From Malacoraja senta (Eukaryota): a DNA stretch of 64,000 bases. The stretch spans positions 62,001 through 126,000 of the forward strand of contig JAXLNO010000618.1 of assembly GCA_038087875.1 (NCBI GenBank), read 5' to 3'. The notes under the pieces were generated by a model, which did no database searches, had not been told where the DNA came from, and saw nothing but the letters and a program-made list of their open reading frames with translations. Shown piece by piece: positions 1-12,000 of the stretch (its first letter is position 1; the number at the start of each line of letters is the position of its first letter). Made by a program: the position numbers and the translations under genes.

Positions 1-631
1 TAACACTGCCCCCCAGCTTCGTGTCATCCGCAAACTTGGAGATGTTGCATTCAATTCCCTCATCCAAGTCAATAATATATATTGTAAATAGCTGGGGTCC
101 CAGCAGTGAGCCTTGCGGTACCCCACTAGTCACTGCCTGCCATTCTGAAAAGGACCCGTTTACTCCTACACTTTGCTTCCTGTTTGCCAGCCAATTCTCC
201 ATCCACATCAATACTGAACCCCGAATACCATGTGCTTTAAGTTTGTATACTAATCTCTTATGAGGGACCTTGTCGAAAGCCTTCTGAAAGTCCAGATATA
301 ACACATCCACTGGTTCTCCCTTATCCACTCTACTAGTTACATCCTCGAAAAATTCTATAAGATTCGTCAGACATGATTTACCTTTCGTAAATCCACGCTG
401 ATATTGTCCAATAATTTCACCACTTTCCAAATGTGCTGCTATCCCATCTTTAATAACTGACTCTAGCAGTTTCCCCACTACTGATGTTAGACTAACTGGT
501 CTGTAATTCCCCGTTTTCTCTCTCCCTCCCTTTTTAAAAAGTGGGGTTACATTAGCTACCCTCCAATCCTCAGGAACTACTCCAGAATCTAAAGAGTTTT
601 GAAATATTATCACTAATGCATCCACTATTTC
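1..631 (-). mobile_element. CR1 LINE reverse-transcriptase fragment
   Basis: Reverse complement matches the CR1 ORF2 at 35.8-36.7 kb ([10 protein letters not shown]-type and FADD regions). Confidence 0.9.
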
Positions 632-639
632 TGCTTGCA

Positions 640-1328
640 GCTCTTGTTGTGTCTGCAGCAACTTAAATCAGTCTAAAGACTTCCTTAAAATCTATTGAAA
701 GCTATAGAAATAATACAATTTAATATCGAGTAGATGTAATAATCAAAATGCTGTATTTACTCAGTTATTCCAATGTTGTGTGTAATTATCTCCTGAGTTT
801 CACACAAGGTAAACCCACCAGTCACCATCCTCATGATCATCCAATTTCTTCTGCAACTTTCAGTTTTCTCCAAATCAAACCGCACAGTTTGCACCAAGAC
901 CTTCACAACCTCTGGGAATAAATCACGTCCCTTCCAGTTCAATTCAGTTTTGTTCAGTGTCACGATTCTGAGGTAAAGTGAAAAGCTTTTGCAGAATGCT
1001 AACCAGCCTGGAGAAAGACGAGTATAATGAATGCTATTCACAACTGAAGTTAGAATACTTTCCAGTAACACATATTCAAGCAGATGACTGTGTGATGTTT
1101 GAAATGTCTATGATAATGGCAAATGACAGAATCTGTTGTTTTGTCATAAATGGAACGGTCAATATTCTTGCCTGTTCATGCTGTAGTTGGTCCGATAGTT
1201 CAAACCAATATTCAATTGCATCAGATCATGGTGGAGCTTGGACTTAGGAGATCACCAGTGAGCTGCGTATGATAATCAAGCTACTACAATTTTTCAAAGT
1301 AAGTCCAATATTGAGAGCAATTTTCTCC

Positions 1329-1367
<39 letters not shown>

Positions 1368-2755
1368 ATTTATTAGAAGTACATTACATTACAACCACAT
1401 ACATTAATACTCGTCATTTATATCTTCTTACAATTAATGTACTCCCTTTATTTATTTTTTTACACTAGAAAAGGAAAAGATTGAAAGAAAGAAGAAAGTG
1501 AAGGAAAAAGTGCAAGTGTAGAAAAGTGTAGAAAATGTAACAACAAAAAAGGACGAAGACCCTATAAGAGCGAAATTAAAAACAAAAAGAAAAAGAGTTA
1601 AGAAATAGGCCCTAAGAAAAGAAAAGAGAAAGAGAAAAAAAGAGAAACAAATGTTTTTTTTTGAGCATCACGTAAATAGGACATACCAACTCTTCAACTA
1701 TCATCCCCCCTTACCTGACCTCAATTTTTTTATTTTTTTAAAGTACTTTTGCACCCTATGTTTGTAATAATTCTATAAATGCAGACCACGTCAGGTGGAA
1801 GTGATCTGGTTTACCTGCTAGGAGGAGTCTTATCTCTTCTAGGTGTAATGTTTCAAACATATTTGAAATCCACATATTTATAGTTGGTATTGGAGCCTTC
1901 TTCCAAAATTTTAGAATTAGCTTTTTTCCAGTTATTAACCCATAGTCCATTAATTTCTTTTGAAACACATTTAGTTCTGGATCATCTTCCGTTATTCCGA
2001 AGATAATCCATTCTGCTTTGGGTATCAGTCTTGTTTTAAATAACTTTGTAAAGATTTCAAAAATTTCATTCCAAAATTTTTGAATTTTTGTACAGAAGAC
2101 GAATGAGTGCGCTATAGTAGCTTCTTGGGATTGACATTTATCACAAATAGATGATAATCAAGCTACTACAATTTTTCAAAGTAAGTCCAATATTGAGAGC
2201 AATTTTCTCCTCAGTTCTGAATTTCACTCAAGGTAGAACCTCCAGCAAATATTTTCACAATCACAAGTTTTTCCCCATGTCATTTGGTGTTCTCCAAGTC
2301 CAACCTCACAGAGTTGCACCAAGATCTTCTCAGCCTAGAGATATAGACACGAGAGATACATTGTGTTCCAGGTGTACACTGGCCCTATCCCCGAACTCTA
2401 TCCCCATTACATTGATGACTGCATCGGTACTAGAAAATATATCCACAATATGCAAGCACAATCCATACCCAGAATTGTTTGGTCAAGTTAGTGGAGTGGC
2501 ACAAATTGACCCAGTTAGTCACCATCATAACTTGGAAATACATTGCTGATCCTTCGTTATTTGTGGGGCCTACTCCTATCATTTACGTCATTTACTAAAC
2601 ACGTCATTTACTAAACACGTCATTTATTAAACACTCGAAATTTAGTTGAGATAAAAAATAGGAAGCGAAACAGCCCAGAGCTTAGAATGGACAAATCATT
2701 GTGGTTAAACTGCAAGATAGTTCTTCATGCAGCCTTGCCCATTGCTCTGAATGAT
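640..2755 (-). repeat. Inverted paralogous copy of the gene 5' flank (matches 5130-5870, 61070-62040 and 2770-2880)
   Basis: For example, 2495-2580 is the reverse complement of 5165-5250; 700-990 is the reverse complement of about 61770-62030. Confidence 0.9.
1336..2150 (-). mobile_element. 5'-truncated L1 (fish L1-clade) 3' end with poly(A)
   Basis: T-run at 1336-1360; near-identical to 28790-29520; flanked by a 67-bp direct repeat. Confidence 0.92.
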
Positions 2756-2880
2756 TCAGGACCTGATGCAAAATTCAGAGCAATGGTCAAGGCTGCAGGA
2801 AGAGCTGTCTTGCAATTTAACCACAATGATTTGTTTTTTTAACCACAATGATTTGCTTCCTGTTTTTTATCTCGACTAAA
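2640..2880. repeat. Imperfect palindrome at the fold-back junction of the inverted duplication
   Basis: Left arm 2640-2750 is complementary to right arm 2772-2880, with a spacer of about 20 nt. Confidence 0.85.
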
Positions 2881-3049
2881 TATCACAATGTGTAAATAAA
2901 CATCAGAAGTGTGAAGGACAAAGACAATATCAAACCATCCCAAAACCTATTGAAACATGCAAAAGAGAATTAGGGGTGGATTATTTGTCACTTTGAGCCT
3001 GTTTAATCATTCCAAACAATCTCATATTCCAATTCTCTCCCGATAAATT

Positions 3050-3900
3050 TTGAAGCATTTTATGTGAAATAAATCTATCCCCTATTTAACAGGATTCAGT
3101 GACCTGCCATCTACCATTTTCTGTGGTGTAAATTTCAATGGCTCACCATATTCACAATGAAGAAATGTCTCAGCCCTAAATGTTTCACACCTTATCTTGA
3201 GTCCAAAACCCCTTGTTCCAGAACCTACAGTCACTGGAAATATCTTTATGTATCGAGTCTGTCTAGCTCTGCTTTGAATTGTGTTTAATTTAGAGAGGTC
3301 ATGTTTAAGTCTTCCAAACTCCAGTGGCTACTGGCTCAGTCAGCTCCTCCTCTCCTTACACATTATTCCTGCCATTCCAGGAATCAGTCTGGTCAGCCTT
3401 GGCTGCATTACATCTGTGGCTGAAAAACCCTTTCTCCGATAAGGAGAGCACAAAGACATGTTTGGAGAGACATGGGCCAGGCACAGCCAATTGTGATGGG
3501 GTCAGTTGGACATCTTGGTCAGCATGTGTGCGTTGGGTCGATGTGTCTATTTCCATGCTCTACAGCTCTATGACTCTCTGCTGCATCTGTGTATATTTGG
3601 CAAGTAACTCAACTGACTGACATCACCTGGAAACCTCTTTGCATCCTCTTTGCTTCTCCTACTTCCTCTCATTTTCATGTCATCAAACTTAGAAACATTA
3701 AATTTGTTTCCTTGTCAATACCATTGATGAACATTGAAAATAATGGACTCAAGAACTGGATTGATTCTGGATCATTCATCACCAACTGCCACCCTAATGA
3801 AGTCTTCTCTCTGTTTCCTGTCTGCCAAATAATTTTCAATTCATGCCTGTCTAATATTGTCTAATCCACATATTAAAAAATTCAAAGACTTTCTAAAAAT
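3050..3900 (-). mobile_element. Old, degenerate CR1 remnant (also at about 58980-59830)
   Basis: Minus strand gives MFINGIDKETN..., a decayed match to the CR1 RT YINDLDEGI/FADD region, plus CR1 3'-end sequence. Confidence 0.6.
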
Positions 3901-6089
3901 TTGTCACATCCTCTTGTTCTCCCTGAAACAAACAAAAACTATCTGCCGGAGGGACTCAGTGGGTCAGGCAGCATCTGTCGAGGAAAATGTGCAGATGACC
4001 CTGTATCGTGACCCTTCTTCAGTTGCCAATGGTCATCTGTCCATTTACTTCCACAGATGATTCCTGATCCACAAATTCCCTCCAGCAGTTTGCTCTTTGC
4101 TCGTGTTTCCAGAATCTGCTAACTCTTGGGTCTCCACATCTTCCCCCTTATCTATTCTACATGGTACATCACCATCATCTCCAATAGATTTGTTTGCCAT
4201 GATTTCACTTACATAAATTCAAAAAGACATTGTCTTATCGCATAAATTATTTTAAAATATCCAAACACTGTTTTGGAACCTGGAAACACCAAACTAGGTT
4301 GGAGATTGAAATATTTACATCCAGCAAGTAGCAAACTGGAAATTTAATATGTAGAAAACAATAAAGAGCAGTAATTTAGTAGAGAGAAACACCACAATAG
4401 ACAATAGACAATAGGAACAATAGAAACACCACTATTTTATTTTTTAATCAGTAGGAAGTAGCAACAATAATTTTAAAAATTATGCTTTTTGGTCAAGATA
4501 ACAACAATGCAATAGTTAGTTACTATCCTTATAATAAATGCATCCTCAGCACACATGCCCCATGTTCTGTTCTCATAGTAATTAAAAAAATTACATAAAT
4601 AGAATTACACGGAATTACTTTTAAATGTAAAGGGTAAATAGATAAGTTGTTTCTGAAGATAACATCAGCGTAAAAGAGGAAGGATCTGTGTTAGGTCCTG
4701 TTTACACTTCTGCTGTGAAACTCAGCAAGTGCCTCAACGGAGACATTTGCAGCAGTTAAGACAGGGGGTGATGTTTAAAATGTGAGAGTGACAGACAGTG
4801 TAGGTTGGAGGGGGTGATATGATGAATTACGAAGAGAAAGATTCAGGAGCTGGGGGGAAATATCAAAACAGAGGGTGAGCAGCAATAAAAATGAATTGTA
4901 TTTCTCTGCAAAATTCACACAATATGGGGGAAATGAGTTGTTAACCCGGATTAAGGAAGGAGCCTGATTAGATTTCTTGTCACAATGAGGACGACACTAA
5001 CTCCTGAGCTGATGATGAGCTGCACTTTGTGATTCCCTCCAGAATTGTTGCTTATAAATCTATGTTTTTGGATGTGGGCCTCAGTGCTTAGGCTTCCATT
5101 TTTAACCCATGAGGATGTGACCATCCTTATTTCACCACTGAGGTGTTTAGTAAATGATGTAAATTATAGGAGTAGGCCCCACAAATAACGAAGGATCAGC
5201 AATGTATTTCCAAGTTATGATGGTGACTAACTGGGTCAATTTGTGCCACTCGAATAACTTGACCAAGCAATTCTGGGTATGGATTGTGTTTGCATAATGT
5301 GGATATATTTTCTAGCACCGATGCAGTCATCAATGTAATGGGGATAGAGTTTGGGGATAGGGCCAGTGTACACCTGGAACACAATGTATCTCTCGTGTCT
5401 ATATCTCTAGGCTGTGAAGATCTTGGTGCAACTCTGTGAGGTTGGGCTTGGAGAACACCAAATGACAGAGGGAAAAACTAGTGATTGTGAAAATGTTTGC
5501 TGGAGGTTCTACCTTGAGTGAAATTCAGAACTGAGGAGAAAATTGCTCTCAATATTGGACTTACTTTGAAAAATTGTAGTAGTTTGATTATCATATGCAG
5601 CTCATTGGTGACCTCCTAAGTCCAACCTCCACCATGATCTGATGCAATGAATATTAGTTTGATCTATCGGACCAACTACAGCATGAACAGGCAAGAATAT
5701 TGACCGTTCCATTTATTACAAAACAACAGATTCTGTCATTTGCCATTATCATAGACCTTTCAAACATCACACAGTCATCTGCTTGAATATGTGTTACTGG
5801 AAACTATTCTAACTTCAGTTGTGAATAGCATTCATTATACTTGTCTTTCTCCAGGCTGGTTAGCACTCCCCAATGCCCTTGACATTTAATATCCTCCAAT
5901 AACCTTTAGAAAGATGAGGTTCCATGTCTCAACGCATCCAATGCATGCTTGAGCTCAGTAAATTCCCATTTTCGTTTGCCGAAATAAGGTTTTACAAGAT
6001 GGGTTTTACGCTGACACAAACGCTTTCAACAGAAGTGATGTCTGAACCATGAGCAGGAGAGGAAGAGGAAGGTCCTGTAGTTTCATAAG

Positions 6090-6182
6090 ACACAGAGTGA
6101 GACTGGGGAACTCAGTGTGTCGCCGTGCTTGGAGCTTTGCTGCCCAAGTCTCTGGACTCGTTCACCAGTCTCTTCCCACAAG
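6090..6182 (+). promoter_or_regulatory. Putative non-coding exon 1 (distal copy A); start approximate
   Basis: Homologous to 7980-8066, same cacaag|gtaggc donor. Confidence 0.4.
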
Positions 6183-6367
6183 GTAGGCGACCTTACTACA
6201 GGTTCACTTCAGGTAAAGGAGTGGTTTAAATGGGATCTAGAAAAGGAACTCCGTGTTCAATAATTTCTAACGTGTGATATTCCACTCCTACAACCATTTA
6301 TTAGACTGTTACAGTCTGTTCTGCTTTAGATTTTACAAGGACATTGAAACTTAATGAATAATGAAGA

Positions 6368-6590
6368 GAGACACAAAATGCTGGAGTAACTCAGCGGGAC
6401 AAGCAGCATCTCTGGAGAGAAAGAATGGGTGACGTTTCGTGTCGAGACCTTTCTTCAGACCCAGACTTCTTCAACCCGAAACGTCACCCATTCCTTCTTT
6501 CCAGAGATGCTGCCTGTCCCGCCCAGTTACTCCCGCCCAGTTACTTTAGTGTCTATATTCGGTATCAAGCAGCATCTGTAGTTCCTTCCA
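6368..6590. mobile_element. Penelope-derived inverted-repeat (hairpin) element; further copies near 15270, 16330, 23760, 45760-45845 and 47510-47595
   Basis: Arms aatgctggagtaactcagcggg...gggtgacgtttcg and cgaaacgtcaccc...agttact; carries a ctgaaga...gaaacgtc motif. Confidence 0.65.
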
Positions 6591-7979
6591 ACACGAAACT
6601 TTATCAATGTATTTTTGTCTCCATTGTTACCACTAGAAACTTAATGAAGCTAAATTACCAGCATCTTCCATTTTACCCATTTGGGCTTTCTTCTTTGTTG
6701 CCTGGTCAATCTAATGTATCCATGCTCATGTGGATTTTATTTTTCCCATTTCTCCGGCAATCCTCTGGGACTGGTTGAGGATGTTCAACGTCCTCGCCGT
6801 TCTGTTGCCCACTCAATTAATTGTCTGACTAGTGAGGTACAAATGAGTTTAAACCATTCTACCGAGAAGCAGGAAGTAAGTGGGTCAAGAATGAAAATGT
6901 CGGCGTACAGATGAGTCGTTTCAGTCAAGGCAAACCGACTGAATGTGGTTGTGAAATTCCAGATTACAGCAGTGACAATATTCCAGTGGCAGATTCCACA
7001 GAGGAATGGTCCTTCCCCGTGTAATTGTGTGCGGTTAATTCTCAAATGGTCCGGGCCCAGTGTTTTCAAAGTGGCTGTGTTCAATACAACACTTGCCAAC
7101 TAGCAATTTACTGCAGCATTTCCTTTGCAAATTATTTAGTGTCCCTGTTCCGTTCAAGATCACACGACGATCAAACATTCTTAAGTATGATTTTATAGAT
7201 CATCACCACTTCAAATGGTGACATTTGTTTTAGAGAAATGCAAGGTGGTTATGCGGGTTATTCTCAGAGGCTGTGAAGGTCTTGGTGCACTCTGTGAGGT
7301 TGAACTAGGAGAACACTGCAAGATGCAGGAACAATTTGGATGCGAATGAAAATATTGGGAGGAGGTTCCACCTTGAGTGAAATTAAAAGCTCGGGAGAAA
7401 ATTTGCATTCAATATTGTAGTAAGTTTGAAAATAATGTATGATCCTGATTCTCAAATGCACCTCATTTGTAACCCCCTAAACCCACCGTGATCTGATACA
7501 TTTGGATATATATTTAAACTGCAGGACCAGCTATAATGGTATATGGACATATAATGGTATATGGACACACTGATCTGTTTTGTAGTCAATGCCTACTATG
7601 TTCTGTTGTGCTGAAGCAAGAATTTCATTGTCCTATCAGGGACACATGACAATAAACTCACTTGAACTTGTGCTAAAGCTTTAACATCGCTGGAAGGCGT
7701 GAATATTGACCATGTTCCCTTCGTTACAAAACAACAGATTCCCTCGTTTGCCATTATCTTAGACATTTGCCACCCACTAATAGCATTTAATATAAGGAGG
7801 TTCCAAGTCTAAACTTATCCAATATATTTGTGATCTCAGGAAATTCCCGATTTGGTTTGTCCAAATTAGCTTTTACAAGATGATTTTTAATCTGAGGCAA
7901 ACATTATCAACACAAATGGTGTCTGAATCCTGAGCTGGAAAGAAAGAGGAAGGATGTTTGCCCTTCCAAAGAAACTGTG

Positions 7980-8066
7980 TGAGACTGTGAATCTCAGTGT
8001 GTAGCCGTGCTTGGAGCTTTGTTGCTCAGTCTCTGTACTCGTTCACCATCAGTCTCTTCTCACAAG
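7980..8066 (+). promoter_or_regulatory. Putative non-coding exon 1 (proximal copy B) with promoter just upstream; start approximate
   Basis: Ends in cacaag|gtaggc, conserved in three copies; the leader exon has an acceptor 3 nt before its ATG, so an upstream exon is required; GGAA-rich sequence upstream. Confidence 0.5.
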
Positions 8067-8291
8067 GTAGGCGACCTCACTGCAGTCTCACTTCATGTCA
8101 AAGAGTGGTTTAAAAGGTATCCACAAACTGAACAATGTTGGATGTCCTGTAAACTGTGGTTTATCACTCATTCAATCAGTTTGTTCCACTTTAGATTTGA
8201 CAAGGGCATACAAACTTTATTAACTTCGTTTTGTCTCCTTTATTTCTCACAGCTAAATGACCAGCATATGCCATTTTCCTACTGGTTTCAA

Positions 8292-8525
8292 TAGACAATA
8301 GACAATAGGTGCAGGAGTAGGCCATTCAATGTGATCATGGCTGATCTTCCCCAATCAGTTCCCCGTTCCTGCCTTCTCCCCATATCCCATGACTCCGCTA
8401 TCTGTAAGAGCCCTTAGCTCTCTCTTAAAAGCATCCAGAGAACCGGCTTCCACCGCCCTCTGAGGCAGAGAATTCCACACACTCACAACTCTCAGTGAGA
8501 AAAACTGTTTCCTCGTCTCCGTTTC
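8292..8525 (-). mobile_element. CR1 3'-end fragment
   Basis: (tagacaa)n tail followed by ggtgcaggagtaggcc, the reverse of the CR1 terminus at 38090-38130. Confidence 0.8.
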
Positions 8526-8967
8526 CAAGTCAATCTAAATTGAATACATTTTTCCCGTTTCGCTGACAACGTCCTGGGACCGTTTGAGAATATTGAATGT
8601 CCCTTGCCATTCTGTTGCCTTTTCTGTTCATTGACTCACTAGCGAGGTCTGATTTAGTTGAGAATATTTTACCGAGTGGTAGGAGGTAATTGAGTCAAAC
8701 ATTAAAAAAGGCAGAGTTCAGATGAATGATTTGGGACAAGGCAAACCGATAGCGGTTGAATATGGTGGTGAAATCCCTGATTACTGAAGTGACAATATTC
8801 TAGCGGCAGAGTCCACCAAGCGAATGTATTTTCCCCGTGTAATTGTGTGCGGCCAATTCTAAAGCGTCCCGGGGTCAGGAGTTTCAAACTGGCTGTACTC
8901 AATACAACATTTGCCAACTACCAATTTACTGATCCTTAGTCTAAAACTGCACCTTATTTCCAAACAG

Positions 8968-9067
8968 AGAATGCACAAAATGAGGCCGAGGTTTCTCTGC
9001 AGCAGTTTGCCACTTGGTTTGATGTTCGTTTTCTTTGTTTTCCTGCTTCGACCAGTTTCCACACAGA
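8968..9067 (+). CDS. Leader (signal peptide) exon, [32 protein letters not shown]
   Basis: Acceptor ttatttccaaacag at 8967; ATGs at 8971 and 8980; basic N-region plus hydrophobic core; phase-1 donor a|gtaagt at 9067. Confidence 0.85.
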
Positions 9068-12000
9068 GTAAGTGCTTTCTCTTCGCCGGTCACAATCACC
9101 TTGCATTAATTATCATTGTCCGTGTAAACCCACATCCATTGTCAATCTCGCTTTACTCTCAACATCCCTGAATGTGTTGCTGCCTCATAAATCCACACCA
9201 TCCTTCCTGGACCTCCATTCCACATCCCTGAATGTGTTGCTGCCTCATAAATCCACACCATCCTTCCTGGACCTCCATTCCACATCCCTGTATGTGTTGC
9301 TGCCTCACAAATCCACGCCATCCTTCCTGGACCTCCATTCCACATCCCCGTATGTGTTGCTGCCTCATAAATCCACACCATCCTTGCTGGACCTCCATTC
9401 CACATCCCTGTATGTGTTGCTGCGTCACAAATCCACACCATCCTTCCTGGACCTCCATTCCACATCCCTGAACGTGTTGCAGCCTCACAAGTCCACGCCA
9501 TCCTTGCTGGACCTCCATTTCTGAGCCCATCCCATCAACTCCCTCTCCTTCTCCAGCACCGACACGGTCCTTATCAAAGTCAGAAATGGCCTCCTGTGAG
9601 CTTGTTGCAGAGTTAAACTCTCCCTCCTCATCCCGCTCAGCCTCTGCAGCCTTTGACACGGTTGTCCACACCATCCTTCACCAACATCTCCTCACCACAG
9701 TCCAGGTGGGTGGAACTGCCCTCGACTTATCGATCCAGTCGCAGCCCGAGAACCACGCACAATGTCTTCACTTCACGCTCCCACAAAGTTCCTTCAAGAC
9801 CAGGTGGAGTTCCTCCACTACCCCAACACTACCCCCTATCCCCACCTCCGTCTCCCTCCCTCCCACTCACTCATTTCTCTCATGTGATGAAATATCCCTG
9901 CATCAATCAGGCCAGGTTATTCCACACACACATCTCTTCACAAACCGTGTCTTCCTCGCTGGGGTTTCCAAGGAAGATCACAACTGTCTGGAATTAAATT
10001 CAGTTCAAAATTAATGATTACAGATAAGGGGTGGGTGGGGAAAATGTGTATTAAATATTAATTCTTCATTGTTCGTATTTGCAACAGAAAACAGAAATCG
10101 AATGTATTTCTTGGATAACCGAGGCGGCATTGTGTTAAACGGAACAGACAATTCTGAGAAAGACGCTGTTGTTGTCTGGGAATGGAAACCACACTCAGGG
10201 AAGGAAATCGGAATATTGACGACTTTTAGAAGAACGAGGGACTATTGGAGCGAAGTGAAGGCCGCTGGCGAGAGTATAGTGGACTTGTACCCGGAGATGT
10301 ATGTGAATCCCTATACCCTTGATCTGACAATTGATAAACCCACATTTAAATGGGCGGGAATTTTCACTTTGGCTCAAACAGAACCGAGAAAGCAAATCCT
10401 GAAACAATATGAAATATTTGGGATGAAAGGTGAGTGGGTGCGATAAGGATCAATAATGTTTAATTTATCTCTGTAAATGTTGTCACCTATAATGATGAGA
10501 GATGGCGGGAATTGTGAGACTTCTTCCACCCGGTGAAAAGTTAAACAACTGTGGAAGTGTTTTTGTTCATTGATTCTGTAATGATCAGCAGGGGTGATAA
10601 TAGTTTGATGACTTCACTGGGAACAGCAAATCAATGAATCGACCCGCAGCGAATACCATGGTCTTCTTGCCTGCACACGGTAAGGTGATCGCAGCAAGGT
10701 GGTATGGAACCAATGTCTCCATGCAGTGGCCCCGGGGTGACACTGCTACTTAATGTTACCCTGTGACCAGGTGGATGGAAGTCCATCGCCTGTGGAACAT
10801 GGGCTCTGCCATAGAGTTCACCTCTTGAGAGCAATCAGATACACCTTGAAGGAGTGGAAATAGATGCATTTTCAACAGTTTGTGAATATTTGAAACAGAG
10901 CATGTGTAAATACAACAACACCTGAATGTTGCCGGTTCCACCTGCAGTCACACGGTAAACAGCCGGCATTTCGCTGCGTCAATGTGACCAGCCACGGGTG
11001 TCAGGGGTCTGAGAGCACTTGGGGAGAAGTTGTTCTGACTTTCAGCTACGTGTCAGATTTAAGCCCGGTTATTGGATGAACCATGACATCCGCACTCTTC
11101 TGAAGTCCAGATTCCGGGCATTCAGGTCTGGAGATGCAGAGGTCTACAAGACGTTCAGATACGACCTTGGTAAGGCCATCAAAAGTCCAAAAGGGACTTT
11201 GCTCCAAGCTGGAGGATGAGACAGATGTACGGCAACTGTGGCAGGGCTTGAATGCAATCACCTCATACAAGGCAAAATCAGGAGGCAGCTCAAATGTCAG
11301 CGAAGCATCACTCCCTGACGAGCTCAATGCGTTCTATGCACGCTTTGATAGGGAGAACACCGATGTGCCTTCTCGAGACCCCATTCGCTGTGATGGTATT
11401 TCAGTCTCAGTCACAGAGGCCAACGTCAGGAAATCCTTCAGAGGGGTGAACCCTCGAAAAGCGCCTGGACCTGATGGTATACCTGGTCGTGTTCTAAAAA
11501 CCTGTCTGGACCAACTGGCTGGAGTTTTTACGAACATTTTCAACCTCTCACTTCTGAGGTCTGAGGTTCCCACCAGCTTTAAAAGGGCATCAATTATACC
11601 AGTGCCCAAGAAGAGTAAGGTGACGTGCCTCAATGACTATCGACCTGTGGCACTAACACCTGTGGTGATGAAGTGCTTTGAGAGGTTGATCATGACGCAG
11701 ATCAACTCCTACCTCGACAAAAACCTGGACCCACTGCAGTTCGCTTACCGCCACAACAGATCAACGGTGGATGCGATCTCGCTGGCCCTCCACTCCGCTC
11801 TGGACCACTTGGACAACAAAAACTCATATGTCAGGCTGTTATTCATCGATTACAGCTCAGCATTTAACACAATCATCCCCTCCAAGCTGGTTACCAAACT
11901 CGCAGAACTGGGTCTCTGCGCATCCCTCTGCAATTGGATCCTCGACTTCCTCACTCTCAGACCACAGTCTGTTCGTGTTGGTGGAAATGTGTCAGCCTCA

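Noticed and set aside
757-1247. ORFs of about 90-190 aa at 757-1247 and 61699-62280 as a possible host gene
   Set aside because: No recognisable domain, stops differ between copies, and the longer copy runs through a SINE.
2365-2430. IPELYPHYIDDCI reading (also at about 5310-5385 and 61225-61290)
   Set aside because: Tiny Penelope-type RT (YIDD) fragment, not a gene.
3324-4060. ORFs of 66-98 aa conserved between 3.3-4.1 kb and 59.3-60.0 kb
   Set aside because: Conservation only reflects the recent segmental duplication; the minus strand is decayed CR1 RT and hairpin-element sequence.
9072-9674. Repetitive ORFs on both strands
   Set aside because: Products of the 60-bp intronic minisatellite.
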